DNA of 64,000 nt from Phaeosaccion multiseriatum (GCA_965112735.1 OZ218952.1:1488001-1552000), one strand, 5' to 3'. Numbered from the stretch's first letter, positions 24,724 to 39,075 are shown. A program made the numbers and translations. The notes: generated by a model from the sequence alone, not told the origin.

Positions 24724-27700
24724 TAAGAAAGAATGAAAGAAAGAAAGAAACGAACAAAGAAAGAGAGAGAGAAAGACGATGTACTGTACTATTCACTCAT
24801 TCCCCTCAGTGCCGACCTGCAAGGCGGCGTTCTTCTTGGTGGCGAGCTGCTCAATCACGGCTTCAATCTTGCCCTTGTCCTCCTCAATCACAAGGCGCTT
24901 GTGCCGCAGCTCCTTGCACTCCGACTCAGCCTTCTCGATCATACCCATCACCTACGGGAGGGAGGATGGCAGTGGATGGGTGGAGAGAGGATGGGAGTGG
25001 TAGGAAGGAGGGGGGGGACGAGGATGGCAGTGGATAGAAGCGGATGGTAGTGGATGGATGGATGGGTGGAGGGGGGAACGAGGGCAGTGGTTGAGTGCGA
25101 TCGATTGATACAAGTAAGAGAGTTGAGTGCGATTCAATAATGGAGTGCTCTCACCCTCACCCTCTCCCTCTCTCTCTGTCCCTCCTTCCGCACCTTCTTG
25201 TTAATCTTCTTGCTGATGCTCGCCTGCTCCCCGTGAATGGCCTTGAGCCTCGCCTGTGCGACCTTGGCGTCCCTGGCCTCGAAGTCGTAGTCCGTGCCCT
25301 CCTTGCCGAAGAAGCCCCTCTCCTGCTTGATCCAGGCGTGTTGCTTGAGCAAATGCGCCACGTACGTCTTTGCGGCCTTTCGCTCCTTGGAGTGGCGCTC
25401 CAGCTTGTGAGTCAGCTGCGGTGGCGGGGTGGGGTGGGGTGGGAGTAGGCAAGGGAAAAGGGTCAGATGGAGAGAGAGACACACACACACAGAGCGAGAG
25501 AGAGAGATGAGACAGCTATGAATAGTAGCTCAGTTTGGAGTTTTTAGGCCTTGTAGCACAAGCACATCTCTCTCTCTCTCTCTTGGCACTTGCCTTCTTG
25601 TGGCTGAGCTCTTCCTTCTCCTGCAGTTTGGTCTGCTCCTCCTTCTGCTTCCGGAGCTTCTTCGCCTCGCCATCACGCGCCGCCAGCTCCTGTGTGTGTG
25701 TCGTGTGTGTGCGTATGAATGGATGTGCGTTGTGTGTGTATTGTGTGTGGCGTGTTGAGTGTTGTGTATCCCAAATGTGTGGGAAGCAAAGCAAACAAAA
25801 CACACGCCAACAAGCACCCATACACGCACTCAGGTGCACTCAGGCGCACGCACACACGCCATCTTCCTTCCTGCCTGACCTTCTTGAGCTGGTCGACCCT
25901 CTCCTTGCACTCCATGTACTTGGCCTTGACCTCGCGCACGTCCTCTCCGAGCCGCTCCACCTCCAACACCGCTCCCTCCACCCCCTTGGTCGCCGCCTGC
26001 AGAGAGGAGGGGTAGAAGGGAGGGGGTGGGGGGTTGGGACGGCGGTGCGTGGGAGGGAGGTGAGCAGAAGATACGAGAAAGAAAGATGGTACACAGGCGA
26101 TACGCACAAGGGCATAGAAGGCAGCAGAGGAAGATGGCACCAGAAGGGAGGGGGGGGGGCAGGAAATCAGAAGGTGGACGAGAAGAGCCAGCACATCGTT
26201 TGTCGTTGGTGGGTGATGACAGGTGCGCGTACAGACAGACGTGTTGGTGGTACGCACCTCGAGCTGTTTGGCCATGCTCCCCTTGTCGCTCTGAAGCTGC
26301 TCCAGCTCCAGCTCGAGCACCTACGGAGATGAACCAAAGAGAGGTAAGTAGAGAGGTAGAGATGGATAGAAGAGAAGAGAGAGACAGACCGGAGAGGTCG
26401 ATAGACAAGTCAAATCACTAGCATAACAGCACAACATCACAAACGCCGGGCTGATGTATGTATAGACAACCAACATGCCATGTACCTGCAGCTTCTGGCG
26501 TTGCTTCTTCACACCCGCAGTGGCCTTGGCGACATCGCCCTTGGCCTCCTTGACGCTTGCCTGGGGTAGGGTGGGACGTGAGAAGGACAGGGAGTGACCA
26601 AGGGAGGAAGGAAGGAAGGACGGAAGGAACGAAGGATTATTGTTTCCTCCCCGAGCCCTCACGACACTACATTCTCCACTCTCCACTCCCCTCACCTCCA
26701 GGCGCTGAAGCATACTCTCTCTCTCCGAGCGGAAGGCGTCCTCCTCGGCCTTGAGCTTTGCGTGGCGGGCAGTCGCTGACTTCATCGTCTTTGCCGCCAC
26801 CTGCGGTGCGGTCGGAGGGAGGAAAGGAGGGAGGAGAGGGAGATGAGCGAGGGCGTGAGTGATTGAATGAGGGAGGGAGAGACGACGGGAGGCATGAACA
26901 GTAAAGCCGCAGTCTCAGGCCCAGTTAAACGTGACGAAAAGCGTGCCAGGAGAGGAGAGCACGCCGCTCTACGCATCTGTTTTCTGTATCTGGACCCTCC
27001 CCACTCACGCACTCACTCACTCCTTTTGAGACGAACGACGACAACGAACCCTCCTATCCTACATTACCTAACCTCCCCCCTGTTTGCCACCCCCACCACC
27101 GCCACCAAAAGCACACACACGCGCACACACACACACCTCCATTTCCTCTTGCTCCTTCTTGAGGGCCTCCGTAGTGTCCCTGAGCTTTGCCGCTTGCTGG
27201 CTGTGATCGCTCTCGGCCAGCCTTGTGGCGAGCATCTCAAGCTGAGCCGTCTTTAGCTCGAGCTCTCCGCTGAGCTTGTTCCACGTGTCAGCGTCTGCGG
27301 TCAGCGCCTTCAGCTCCTTGCTCACCACGGACAATCGCTCTTGCCTGTGATGGATGGCAACCATGGATTGCCATCGATTGCGGATTCGCACGGGAGAGAA
27401 GAGGGGAAGATAGAGGGCAAGGGGGTGCATGGGGTGGGGGGTATGCAAGGGGATCAATGGACCGGTGCCGACACAACGCGAACGAGTACCCACACACCCC
27501 TTATCCACTCTCTACCCCACCACCCACCCACCCACACACACCCACCCACTTACATGCTGCCAAGCTCTCTGTTGGCCTGCCCGAGCTGCTGCAGCTTGCC
27601 GAGCACAACCCCGATGCTGCCCTTGCTGCCGCCCGTAAGAGTACCCGAGGGCTCGTAGGTGGCTCCGTCCAGCGTTACGGTGCGGGCCTTAACGCCCTTG

Positions 27701-29047
27701 TCGTAGGTGATCTTGGAGGGGGGGTGAGGGAGGGAGGGAAGGAGGGAGAGTAAACGAGGTGCAACGGTTTCATTTGCCCTGCCCTGCCTTTCCTTTAGCC
27801 GTGGGTAAAGTTAGCAAGGCAAGAAAGGACCCTACCCCACCCCACCCCACACCACCCAACTCTACGCTACCCCACCCTACCTGCTTGGCTGTGTCCATAG
27901 AGTCGCATACGATGGTTGTGCCGAACACGTGCCCCATGGCTGCCCTCACGGACGGGTCAAAGCCCACGAGCTCCATGGCAAGCTGAGCAGTGCCGCCGCT
28001 GCGGTCCGCCAACGACTTCGCCCTGAGGGTGAGGTTGAGTGGGGTGGGGTGGTGTGGGTGGGGTGAGGGTGGGTGCGGGTACGCGCGTACGCACGTATGC
28101 ATGCACACACACGAAGAGCACGAAACAAGACAACCAACGCTAGCAACGCACCTATCCACTCGCTTCTGCTCCATGGTCGATCCGTTGATCCTGTTGAGAG
28201 GGATGATGGTCACTCTCCGCCTCAGCTTGCCCTTCTGCAGCAGGGTCTTGCCCGTCTTGTCGTCATCCACCACGACTTGGAAAAGCCTTCCCCCCGCTGT
28301 CACCTCCAGGGCGGTGGAATGAGCGGCGTCCTTCACCTCAAGGAGCTTAGCCACGAGGCCCCTCACCTTGCTGCGGTCGAAGCCTGCAGGGGCGGAGTAG
28401 TCGAAAGCCAGGCGACCCGCGAGCTGGGCATGCAGCCTTTTTTCGGGACAGAAGGAGGGAGGGATGGAGGGAGGGAGGGAGGGAGTGTGAGAGAGGGAGA
28501 GCGTGTGCCTGAGTGAGCGAGACGGAAACATGTCTCTTGTTGTATCCATCTACGTCCCTCCCCCGAGCCCTGAACCTCTCCCTGTCTGTCTGCGACGCAA
28601 TGAAGCGCCCCTTTCTCCCCCGTCCACTCCCTCCCTCTTCTCCCTCCCCCCCTTACCTCTCGACCAAATCCTCCCTCTCTGCGATGCTTGTCTGTAACGC
28701 CTCCCTCTCCTTGCCGAGCACCTCCACACGTTCTTCATCGTACTTCACAGCGCTCATACGCTTCGTCACCTCCTGCACCGTTGAGGCGGCCTGAGGAGCG
28801 TGGGAGAGAGAGGTGAGGAGGGAAGGGGAGAGGAGAGAGGGGTAAGGCGAATGGATTGAGGAGAGAGGAGGGGAAGAGAAGGGAAGTGCAAGCAAAGTAC
28901 AGCAAGACAGGGTTAAACAAAGCAAAGCAATGCAGAGTGGTTGCACAGTGGTGCCAGGGAGTCACGGGAAAGAAGCGAAAGGGGGACGCGACAGGACACC
29001 GCCGATAAGATGGGGTGGGAAGAGACGCGATGGGGTGGTGAAAAGCT

Positions 29048-29102
<55 letters not shown>

Positions 29103-29704
29103 TGGCGTGATCGGCCGTGAGCTTTCGGGCGTCCTTCTCTGCGGCGTTCATCTCCTTCTCCACCTGAGGCGCGCAGCGTACCCGTGCGGAGGGATCAGTA
29201 CACACACACGTCACAGGGAAAACAGTAGCGCAGTTGCTACGGCAAACATCCACGATTAAGTCCGATACGACCCATCGACTGCCCGACCAACCAACCAACC
29301 TACCAACCAACCGACCAACCAACCTACCAACCAACCAACACGTCCATCTCCCGCCCCTTTCCTTCCCTTCTTCCCTGACCTGCTTGGCGAGGCCCTTGAG
29401 ATGCGCGACCTTCATCTTGCCCTGCTTCACTCTCGAGTCCGCTGAAGAGGCCTCGGCCTGGGCCTTGTCCATCTGATCAGTCAAGGTCAGCGCCTCGTCC
29501 CCCCCCTCGCCTCCCGTGGACAGTCCGGCCATGGCGTTGGAGTACTCCGTAGACAGCGCCTGGTGCCGCGCCGTCTTGTCTGCCAGATCGGCCTGTGGAG
29601 GGTGGGGTGGGGAGAGGTCGATGGCAGTGGATGGTTGAGGGGCGCGGAGGACGAGGGCAAGATGAGGCCGTAGAGCCAGCATCAAGTGGTGAGAGCTCCA
29701 TGTT

Positions 29705-29749
<45 letters not shown>

Positions 29750-30011
29750 CTGTGTGTGTACGTGTGTACGTATGCATCGGCCTTGTGCAAGTACTGAGGC
29801 AGCAAGACTTTTCGTTCCCGCTTCCTTCCTGTTCCTTTTCACAGTCATGAGCCCTCCTTTGTCACACAGCTTCCGCGGTGATGCCTCTCCCTCCCGCTCA
29901 CTCTCTCGTCCTCTCTCGCCTCTCTCTCTCACCCCCTCACTGTCTCTCCCACTCTCTCTCTCACGCCCCCATCTCTCTTCCACTCTATCTGTCCGATCCT
30001 CTTTCAGTAAC

Positions 30012-30045
<34 letters not shown>

Positions 30046-30562
30046 CCTCTGTCTCTCTCCGGTCCTCTCTCGTCTCACCTCAGCCGGCCCCGCAGCCTCC
30101 TTGCACTTAGCAATCTGCTCCGCCTTATTCGCCATGCCCTGCTCCATGTCGGCCTCTCCCGTCTATACAGACAGACAGACAGGAGTGAGTGTGCAGTATG
30201 TTAGAGGATAGAATAGGAACAAGTTTGAGCACTCCGGCAGGGCCAGGGGACTGCAAACCACGTCCTTTGTCTTCTCTCTCTCTCTGTCGCCTGACTGCCT
30301 TGTTGGTTGTCTGTCTGAGCCATGTCTCCAGCTGTGAGCATCATCACCCACCTGCACATCGCGGAGCGCCTTCTCCTCCCCCTCCTGCAGCGCCTTTGCG
30401 TTCTGCCACTCGGTGTTGGCCTGCACGAGGGCTCGGCTGTATCTTGCCTCCTCCGACTGGGCCTGTTGGGGAGGGGAGAGAGAGGGAGAGGCGAGGGATG
30501 ATGGAGCAAAGAGCAAAGGCAGGGCATAGAGCATAGATCACAGGAGACGAAGACAGACAGGC

Positions 30563-30595
<33 letters not shown>

Positions 30596-31594
30596 GGCAG
30601 ACAGACAGGCAGACAGACAGACAGGCAGATACATGGGCAGGCCGGCAGACCGCGAGGGGGGGGCAGGAGAGGAGGGGTGAGATGGGTGACATACCTACCA
30701 ACTAACCGACTTACCACCCAAGCAGGGGAGGTTGAGAGAGTCAAGTAAACGGTACGATTGAGAGCTCCAAGCAGACAGGGTCACAAAGAGAGAGTTGGTT
30801 CGACACGGGACACCCACTTTGCTCTTGCTGCATCGCAACAACCAACGTACCGTCTTGAAGTCTCCGGCGATGTGTTTCTCCTTCTCCTCCGCAAGCTTGT
30901 CCATCTCCTTGTCTAGCGCCTTCACAGAGGCCTACGAGAGCAAGTGCAAGTGCAAGGGAAATGGGGGTGGTGCGCGTAGTGGTGGCACACGGAAGTCAGC
31001 TACGTAATGAGCGAGTGTTGCAGGAGAGAGAGACAGAGAGGGAGGGAGGGAGGGAGGGAGGGAGGGAGGGAACATAACACTGCAAGACTCTCTCCACCAC
31101 CGCCGCCACCTCCCCCTGCCTTTGGTGTCTTCCCACGCGAAGGTGGCACAGTCTCGAGTTCCCTCCTCTCCTCTGTTTACCTTACCTGTAGTGCCTTGAC
31201 GTTTTGCTCGAGCTCTTCCTTCTCCTTCGCTAGCGCAACCTGTGAAGAGAGGAAGAGAAAGTAAGCAAGCGCACAGCACAACGAATGCCCAAAATGTGTT
31301 TAGCGACGGAATACAAGCTGCCCCCCCAACCATCTGCCCTGCCCTCCCACTCGTCGGCGTGACAGCGCTCTCTGGACGGCCCAAAATGAATGCACTCACA
31401 CACAGACACAGACCCACACACTTACACACACACTTACCTCCTCCGCCTCTCCCTCGAGTGCGGTGGCCTCTGCCCTGAGGAAGTCGTATGCGGTGCAGAA
31501 GCGCTGTAGACGCTCCATCTCTGCGTTGTTCGCGGACCACTTGAGGTAGTGCGTCTTCTCCGCGCGGAGCTTCTCCAGGGTGGGCTCAATGTCA

Positions 31595-31641
<47 letters not shown>

Positions 31642-33238
31642 GTGTGTGTGTGTGTGTTGCGCGCCCGTGAGTTTTTGTGTGCGTCAGCGAGTGTTGTGAA
31701 AGAGCGAAAGAACGAGATCATGCGTAAAATGCCCCAACCAAAGAGAGAGAGAGGCAGAGGCAGAAAAGTCGTATCCTCGAGGGTTACTTGGACTGCTGTG
31801 GTGGTGCTGTGGTGTTGCTGGCGCGCTCTCTCGTTCCTCGAGCCCCCATCTCCGCCACGCACACGCCCTCTCGCACCCACCTTGAGAATGCTGTTGATCT
31901 CATCAACCTTGCTTTGCTTCTTGCTGATGGTCTTGAGGGCACTCTGCTTCTTGTTCTCGAACATACGCGTGCCGGCGGCCTCCTCGATCATGCCCAAGAT
32001 CTCTGCCGGTTTCATATTGAGCACCTGCTCTCCACCAGCAGCACCCAGCAGCAGAGGGTTCGCAGAGAGAGGGAGACACGCACACAGACAGACCGAGAGG
32101 AGAGGAGAGAAGAGTAGCAGCAGAGGGAGAGAGGGAAGAGTGGTGAGGAGCAGACGAAGAGACTTCCCCCCGAAGCCCATGGGCAAGAGAGAGAGAGAGA
32201 GAAGAAGGGTTCTACGGCCAAGCCAGATGAAATACGAAAGATGATCGGGATGATAGATAGAGGCCGCAGCCCTCCCTGTTGTTGAGCGCACCTTGGTGAT
32301 GCGGCCCTGCATGATGAGAAAGTGGGGGTTGTTGACGTTGAGCTGGACCGAGTGGAACAAATTCTGCACCTGCCCCGCCTGGGCCGTGTGGCCGTTGACG
32401 ATGTATCTGTAGGGGGGGGGGGGGGAGGAAGGGGTGCACGGATTTGGTTGGCCATCAGTCATCCGCCACAGACAAGCAGTCGGACTCAAAGTGCAGCAGC
32501 AGCAGCAGCAGCAACCAACAAGCAGCTTGGTCCTTGTCATGACTCACTTGTTCTTGCCGCCGATAACGACCTGCCTCGTGATGGTGATTTGGTCGTACTG
32601 CTCGTAGCCCACGGGGGAGCCCGCCTTGTCCTTATTGTTAAACACCAACGTGACTGAGGCTTTCGTCACCCCTGCCTGCCCCTGCTTGTACACCAGCTCC
32701 TGCAGGTTGCCCACGCGGACCTGAGGCGTGGGAGAGGGAGGGGAAGGCAGGCAGTTGGTTCGGGGAGGGCTGAGACATGTGGAAGGGGAGTGGGGCCGGA
32801 GTGGAGGAGAGAGAAGCCTTCGAGCCTGCCCATCGGAGTCGAATCCGTTGTCTCGGCCTCGCTTTTGTTGGGGACGGTTCCCATACGCATCTCCCTTTCA
32901 CCACCATCAAGGGGAATGAGACGTGTGGGAAGATCTTTAGCTCCACTGCCCAGGCGGGGGATCTGTGCTCATATTTCACCTCTAGCACAGTCTTGGGCTG
33001 CTGTTCCGGTCCTCCTCTCTCCAGGGCTAACCTCTCGCTGTCTCAATAAGACTATCCTTGCCCCCCGTACCTGAGTCAGATTGGTGATACCAAGCACGAA
33101 GCATATGCTGTCCAGTATGTTAGACTTGCCGCTTCCATTGAGTCCGGTGATGGCATTGAAATGCTTGTCGAAGCCCGACAGCACCGTCCTGGTTGCGTAG
33201 GACTTGAAGCCATCCACGATGACCTCCTCAATATACAT
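23224..33238 (-). CDS. SMC2: Structural maintenance of chromosomes protein 2 (condensin subunit), many introns
   Basis: [15 protein letters not shown], Walker [45 protein letters not shown], hinge ([27 protein letters not shown]), signature [15 protein letters not shown], Walker [38 protein letters not shown]. Confidence 0.97.
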
Positions 33239-33781
33239 GGTGCGACCTCCTGGCTCTCAGCCCCTTGTTTAATCCAATCCCTCCCTCCTCTTTCCTCTGC
33301 CGTGGCAGCGTGCTGCTCCCTCTGTCGGCCTCTGTCCTCCCTCCTCCTTTCCCCCTCAAACTGCCATGCCCTACTCCCCTCCCTTTGACTATCGGCCGCC
33401 CTTGCCGCACCAACAGCAGCAACACCCTTTCTAACGCCGTTCTGTGCCGCAATCCTCCCAGCAAACCCCTCCTTAGCGTTGCTATCTCTGGCTTACGCTC
33501 CAGCACACCAACGGCCCTTTTTTCTTTTTTTCAAGATTCAGCCTCTTCCTTAAAAGTCGAGGAGTCCCACTTTCCTTGACTTCATTCCTGCGAAAGTGGC
33601 GAATCGGCGGCAGCCCCTTCATCACAAAAATGATAGCAGGTTTGGGGAGCAGCCGAGTGAGAGAGAGACACACACAGAAACAAAGAGAAGAGAGGAGGGA
33701 GGGGGGAACGGGCAGGGAAGGATAGAGTCGAAGCTATAGAAGCAGCAGGCACTAAGTGTTTGTGTTGTGACGCAAGTGGAT
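33239..33781. promoter_or_regulatory. Putative bidirectional promoter between SMC2 and RAD16-like
   Basis: 543 bp between two divergent ATGs (33238 minus, 33782 plus); inferred from geometry only. Confidence 0.5.
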
Positions 33782-35870
33782 ATGGCGGGAAGCGGCGGCG
33801 GCTCGAGCAGCGCGCCAAACAAGAGTCCTATTGTAATCGACGATACAGAAGAAGTAGAGACTATTGATGTTGACGATGAAGAAGATGCAGAGAAGGCCCC
33901 TCCAAAGTATCGCTATGTTGTGGAACTTGCCAAGAGTAAGAGGGCAGAGTGTCCACGCTGCGAGGAGAAGGTGGATAAGAATGAGATCCGGATCGGGATG
34001 GTGACACAAGGATCCTGGGGGCCCTCCACCAAATGGTCGCACCTCAAGTGCACAATCTTTCAGGTCGCGTCGGCCGAGCAAGTGGAGGGCTACGACGAGC
34101 TCTCGGCGGAGCATCAGGCGCTGGTCACCAAGCGGATCAAGGAGAGCCAGGGACAGGTCGACCCGGACCTGCAGCCCATTGACCCCGACGACCTTGTGCG
34201 GACCCAATGGACGAAGAAGCAGGACGAGCCGGACCAGCTCACCGCGTCCCTGCTTCCTTTCCAGAAGGAAGGCCTGGCGTGGATGTGCCACCAAGAGAAG
34301 AGCGAGTACAGGGGGGGCATCATCGCTGATGAGATGGGCATGGGCAAGACCATTCAGACCATCGCGCTCATGCTGGCCAACAGGGCCAAACCCGCTGACA
34401 AGAGCGAGCGCAAGGCGTGGTCGGCGCTCGAGGAGAGTATGGAGCGCGAGCCGGATGCCTCTCGCAGGGGCAAGACACTTGTGGTGTGCCCTGTGATTGC
34501 GCTCCTGCAGTGGAAGGCGGAAATAGAGCGCTTCACGGAGGAGGGTGCACTGACGGTGGCCATCCACCATGGGAACAAGCGCTCTACGGACGAGGACGAT
34601 CTGCTGGACGCCGATGTGGTGCTCACCACGTACTCCATCATCGAGGCGGAGTTCCGCAAGATGACGGCCAACGAAAAGGTGGCCTGCCCCGACTGCAACA
34701 GGCGGCTGTACCCAGACAAGATGATCCAGCATCGAAAGTACTTCTGCGGGGAGAAGGCCATACGGACTGCCGCTCAGTCCAAGACGGAGCGCCGCCCCAA
34801 GAAGAGGGAGCGCAAGGGGGGGGACGCTGATGATGATGAGCAGACCAGCGGGAAAGGGAAAGGAGGTGGGGGTTCATCGTCTGGGTCAGGTCAGACGACC
34901 AAACTTCCTTCTTCCAGCAGGAAAGCAAAGGCAGGGTCTACCGCTGTCAAGGGTACGCACGCAGATGAGGATGACGACAAGGACGACGAGGACGACGAGG
35001 AGGAGCAGGAGGGCGGCGAAACGGGCACTACGACTGCGCTGCCCGGTAACAGTCGGGGAAAGAGGAAGGGCAAGGGCAAGGGGAAGGCGCCCAAGGCCGG
35101 GGAAGAGAAAAGTGGAGTCAAAATGACCTCCATCCCCGCTCGCAAGGGGGGGGGGGCGTGGGGGACAGGGGGGCAGTAGTGGGAGTGGTGGGGGTCGAGG
35201 CACAGGCACCACCACCATGTCTCCGCCAGCAAAGAGCAAAGCAGCAGCGAAGAAGAAGAAAGGCAAGGGCAAGCGGAAGCGTGCCGCGGAGGAGGAGGAG
35301 GAGGACTCGGACTCGGAGGGTCATGGGGACAGCAGCAGCGACATCAGCAGCGAGGATAGTGCCGACGACTTTGAAACCACTTCGTTTTCGCGCAAACGTG
35401 ACAAGGGCGGGCAGAAGAAGGACAACAAGAAGGTCAAGACGACGACACTGCCGAAGAAAGGGAAGGGGGGCGAGACCGACAAGGGCATGCAGAAAATGAA
35501 GAAGAGAAAGAGCGTGAAGCGCAAGCGAAAGGGGGGAGGGAGGGGGGGCAGCAGCGGCGGTGGCGGTGGGGGTTACGACAGCAACAGCGACAGTAGCTTC
35601 GAGGGGGGGGGGAGCGACGACAGCGATGAGGAAGAGGAGGAGCTGGACAGCGAAGAGGATGAGCTCACGGTCAAGCTGTACGCCACAATGCAGGCAGCGG
35701 GGCCCCCCAGCGTGCTTCACGGCGTGTCTTGGCACCGCATAGGTAAGTCCGCCGTAAGCGGGCCTTTTTCTCGTGGTTTTTTCCCATGTTGGGTCCACCC
35801 GCTTCCTTCTCGGCGGGAGTGGGCCGAGGGGAGGGAGGAAGAGCCCCCCAAGCGCTTGCACTTTCCCTTT

Positions 35871-35919
<49 letters not shown>

Positions 35920-38029
35920 AGTATTTGGACTCCTTTGGGAAGACTCTTGTTGACGCGTGTTGCTTCGCGCTTCCCATATCCTCTTTGTGTGTGTGTGTGT
36001 GTGTGTGCGCGCGCGCGACACTGGTCAGTGCTGGACGAGGCGCACTACATCAAGGAGAGGAGCACCAGCACGGCCAAGGCCACCTTCGCGCTGACCTCCC
36101 TATACAAGTGGTGCCTCACGGGGACACCGTTGCAGAACCGCGTGGGCGAGCTGTACAGCCTAGTGCGCTTCCTCCGAGTGGACCCTCATGCCTACTACAA
36201 TTGCCGCAAGAAGGGCTGTGACTGCAAGAGTCTCAACTACCGCTTCGGACTCGAGGGTCGCTCGTGCGAGCAGTGCGGGCATGGCAAGATGATGCATTCG
36301 TGCTACTTTAACAAGCACATTCTCAACCCCATTCAGAGGACCGGCCCCATCGGAGAGGGCAAGAAGGCCTTCTTACACCTCAAGCAGGAAGTACTCGATA
36401 AAGTGCTGCTCAGAAGAACCAAGGCTTCGAGGTGAGTGAGGCCAAGGGAAGAGGAGGAGGAGGAGGAGCAGGAGCAGGAGGAGGAGGAGGAGGAGGAGGA
36501 GGAGGAGAAGGAGGAGGAGGAGGAGGAGGAGGAGGAGGAGGAGGAGGAGGAGGAGGAGGAGGAACGGATAAACGGAACGGGGAGATTGTGAGGTCGAGAT
36601 GGTGGTGCAAGTACTCAGGTGGAGACAGATGGGATCGAGCCGGTGAGAAACAATAGCCTTTCGTGTGTCTTGCTTGCCTCTGTATTTTCATGCCATTCAT
36701 ATCCTCCAATTGCTTGGCTATACTTGAACGCTCCGACTTGACTGTACCACCGCAGGAGTGAGGATATTTGCTTGCCTCCGAGGGTGGTGAGGGTGAGGAG
36801 CTTCCGACTGGACCCCGTGGAGGAGGACCTCTACAAGGCGCTGTACACGCGTAGCAAGACGCAGTTCAATACCTACGTCGACCAGGGGGTCATCCTCAAT
36901 AACTACGGTGAGCGAGTAGGACGTACTTGACCATCACACCCATTGAGCTCCACGATCCTCCTCCTGCTGCTGCCCTGGCTGCTTGTGCTCTTGTTTATAG
37001 TCCTCACACTTCGATCTGTCCTCCGTCCTCTGCTCTCTACCTTCTGCCCTCTGCCGCCCTCTGCCACCCTCTTCCCACTGTCCCCTCTCCTCCGCCCTCT
37101 GCTCACTGCCCGCTACCCTCTCTATCCTGTCGTCTGTGGATCCTCCCGTCTTGCTTGAATGGTCCTCTCCAGCGCACATCTTCGCATGCCTCTCCAAGCT
37201 CCGCCAAGCAGTGGACCACCCCTACTTGGTGGTGCACAGCAGCAGCAGCAGCGAGGGGGGCGGGGAGGCCGCATCAGGGGGTGGCTACTCAGGAGGAGCC
37301 GCCGAGAAAGACGTAGACGGAGACGGAGCAGAACCCCGGGACTGCGCCGTTTGCGACTCACCTGCGGAGGACGTGTTGCGCGCCAGATGCGGGCACTTCT
37401 TCTGCCGCGGCTGCGTGGAGGAGCTGCTGGCAGGCATGGGAGACGCGGGTGCCTTGGAGTGCCCGGCCTGCTCGGAGCCCCTCACCGTGAACCTCAACGA
37501 GGCCCCTTCTGCTGCTGCCACTCTTGTATCACCAACTGGTGGTGGTGGGGCGCGGGTGCGGAACGAGGACGAGGTGGTCGTGCCGGGCCTGCCCGACGGG
37601 ATGAAGCTCACCAGCATCTCCAAGAACTCGGTCATCAGCAAGGTGGGTTGGTGGGTGGGTGGGTGGGTTGGTGGATAGGTGGGAGGGAGGAGGGAGGGAG
37701 GGTGGATGGGTGGTGGGGTGGGGCGTGGGGCGTGGGGGTATGGGAAATTGATATTTTGTTGTGGGCTTGTTTCGTTGTGTGTCTTAAGTGTAAGAGTAAG
37801 GTGTGGTAGACCCCCCCCCACCACCACCTCCCCTGGCCCCCTTCTCCTCCGGTCATGACGCGGTACGGGGTGGGTGACGAGCAGCAGAATGTACGGTGCA
37901 CCCTGGGGTTGGACTGTCGGTGGTACACCTCTTCCCTCGTTTGTCCTCCGAATAGAACCATAACAAGCTTGCTTCCAGACTAAACTAAAAACAAGTTTCC
38001 AATCTGTGGCGCATGCATGCCACACTCAC

Positions 38030-38110
<81 letters not shown>

Positions 38111-38881
38111 GATCTGCGCAGCTTCCAAACGAGCACAAAGATGGAGGCCCTCATGCAAGCACTGCACGACATGCAGCGAAAGGACCCGTCGGCCAAGGCC
38201 ATCGTCTTCTCCCAGTTCGTCAACATGCTGGACCTGCTCGAGTTCCGCATCAAGCAAGGGGGCATTCACTGCGTCAAGCTGAGCGGGGGCATGAGCATGG
38301 ACAAGCGCGATGTGGTGCTAAGGGCCTTCCGAGAGAAGCCGGAAGTCAAGGTACTGCTCATCAGCCTCAAGGCCGGAGGGGTGGCGCTGAATCTCACCGT
38401 GGCCAACTACATTTTCCTCATGGACCCATGGTAAGAAGGCTTGTTTGCCGATCCATGTTTATTAACACAGCAAATGCGACCGGGGTGCTTGCTTGGGGCC
38501 TTACCAGAGAAGGCCAGAGGAGTCTCACGGTGCCCCTCATGGGAGCCTCAAGTAGGCCGGGGGGGGAGTGGCGCTGAAACGTCTGACATCTCGAACCCAT
38601 GCGCGAACAAATTTAAACTCCCGCCCTCATACGGACCCACCCACCCACCCACCCACCCCAGGTGGAATGGCGCTGCCGAGATGCAGGCCATCGATCGCAC
38701 CCACCGCATGGGGCAGACCAAGCCCATCTTCGCCACGCGTTTCATCATCGAGGACACGATTGAGGAGCGCATTGTGCGGCTGCAGGAGAAGAAGCGCCTC
38801 GTGTTTGACGGGACGGTGGGCGGCTCAGCAGCGTCGCTCGCGCAACTGACGGTGGACGACCTTCGATTTCTCTTCCAGTGA
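33782..38881 (+). CDS. RAD16: RAD16-like SNF2 helicase/RING protein with N-terminal PARP-type zinc finger; apparent 1-nt frameshift in a G run at about 35146-35156
   Basis: zf-PARP ([16 protein letters not shown]...IRIG...KWSHLKC). Helicase motifs [49 protein letters not shown]. Rad16-type [88 protein letters not shown]. Confidence 0.92.
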
Positions 38882-38972
38882 GAAGAGGGAGGGTGTGCGA
38901 GAGAGGAAAGACAAATGGATTCTTATGTTCGTGTGTGCGGTACTGTTTGTTGTATTTACACATTATAAAAAC

Positions 38973-39028
38973 AAATCTCTAAACATATCCTGTCCCCGAC
39001 ATCAAATCTCTAAACATGTCCTGTCCCC
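38973..39028. repeat. About 31-bp period direct repeat (AAATCTCTAAACAT[A/G]TCCTGTCCCCG) between convergent 3' ends
   Basis: Two copies with one mismatch, read directly. Confidence 0.75.
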
Positions 39029-39075
39029 GCCACCCATCCATCGACAACATATAAACAAAAGACTGGAGGTCTAGC

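Noticed and set aside
33078-33092. Partial hit to the GCAGTTGGTGATACA motif in SMC2 exon 1
   Set aside because: Explained by the conserved protein sequence GITNL; not counted.
33752-34761. 326-aa and other antisense ORFs over RAD16 (similarly over the methyltransferase, ZIP and 42.3 kb genes)
   Set aside because: Shadow ORFs caused by high GC3 codon usage; no recognisable motifs.
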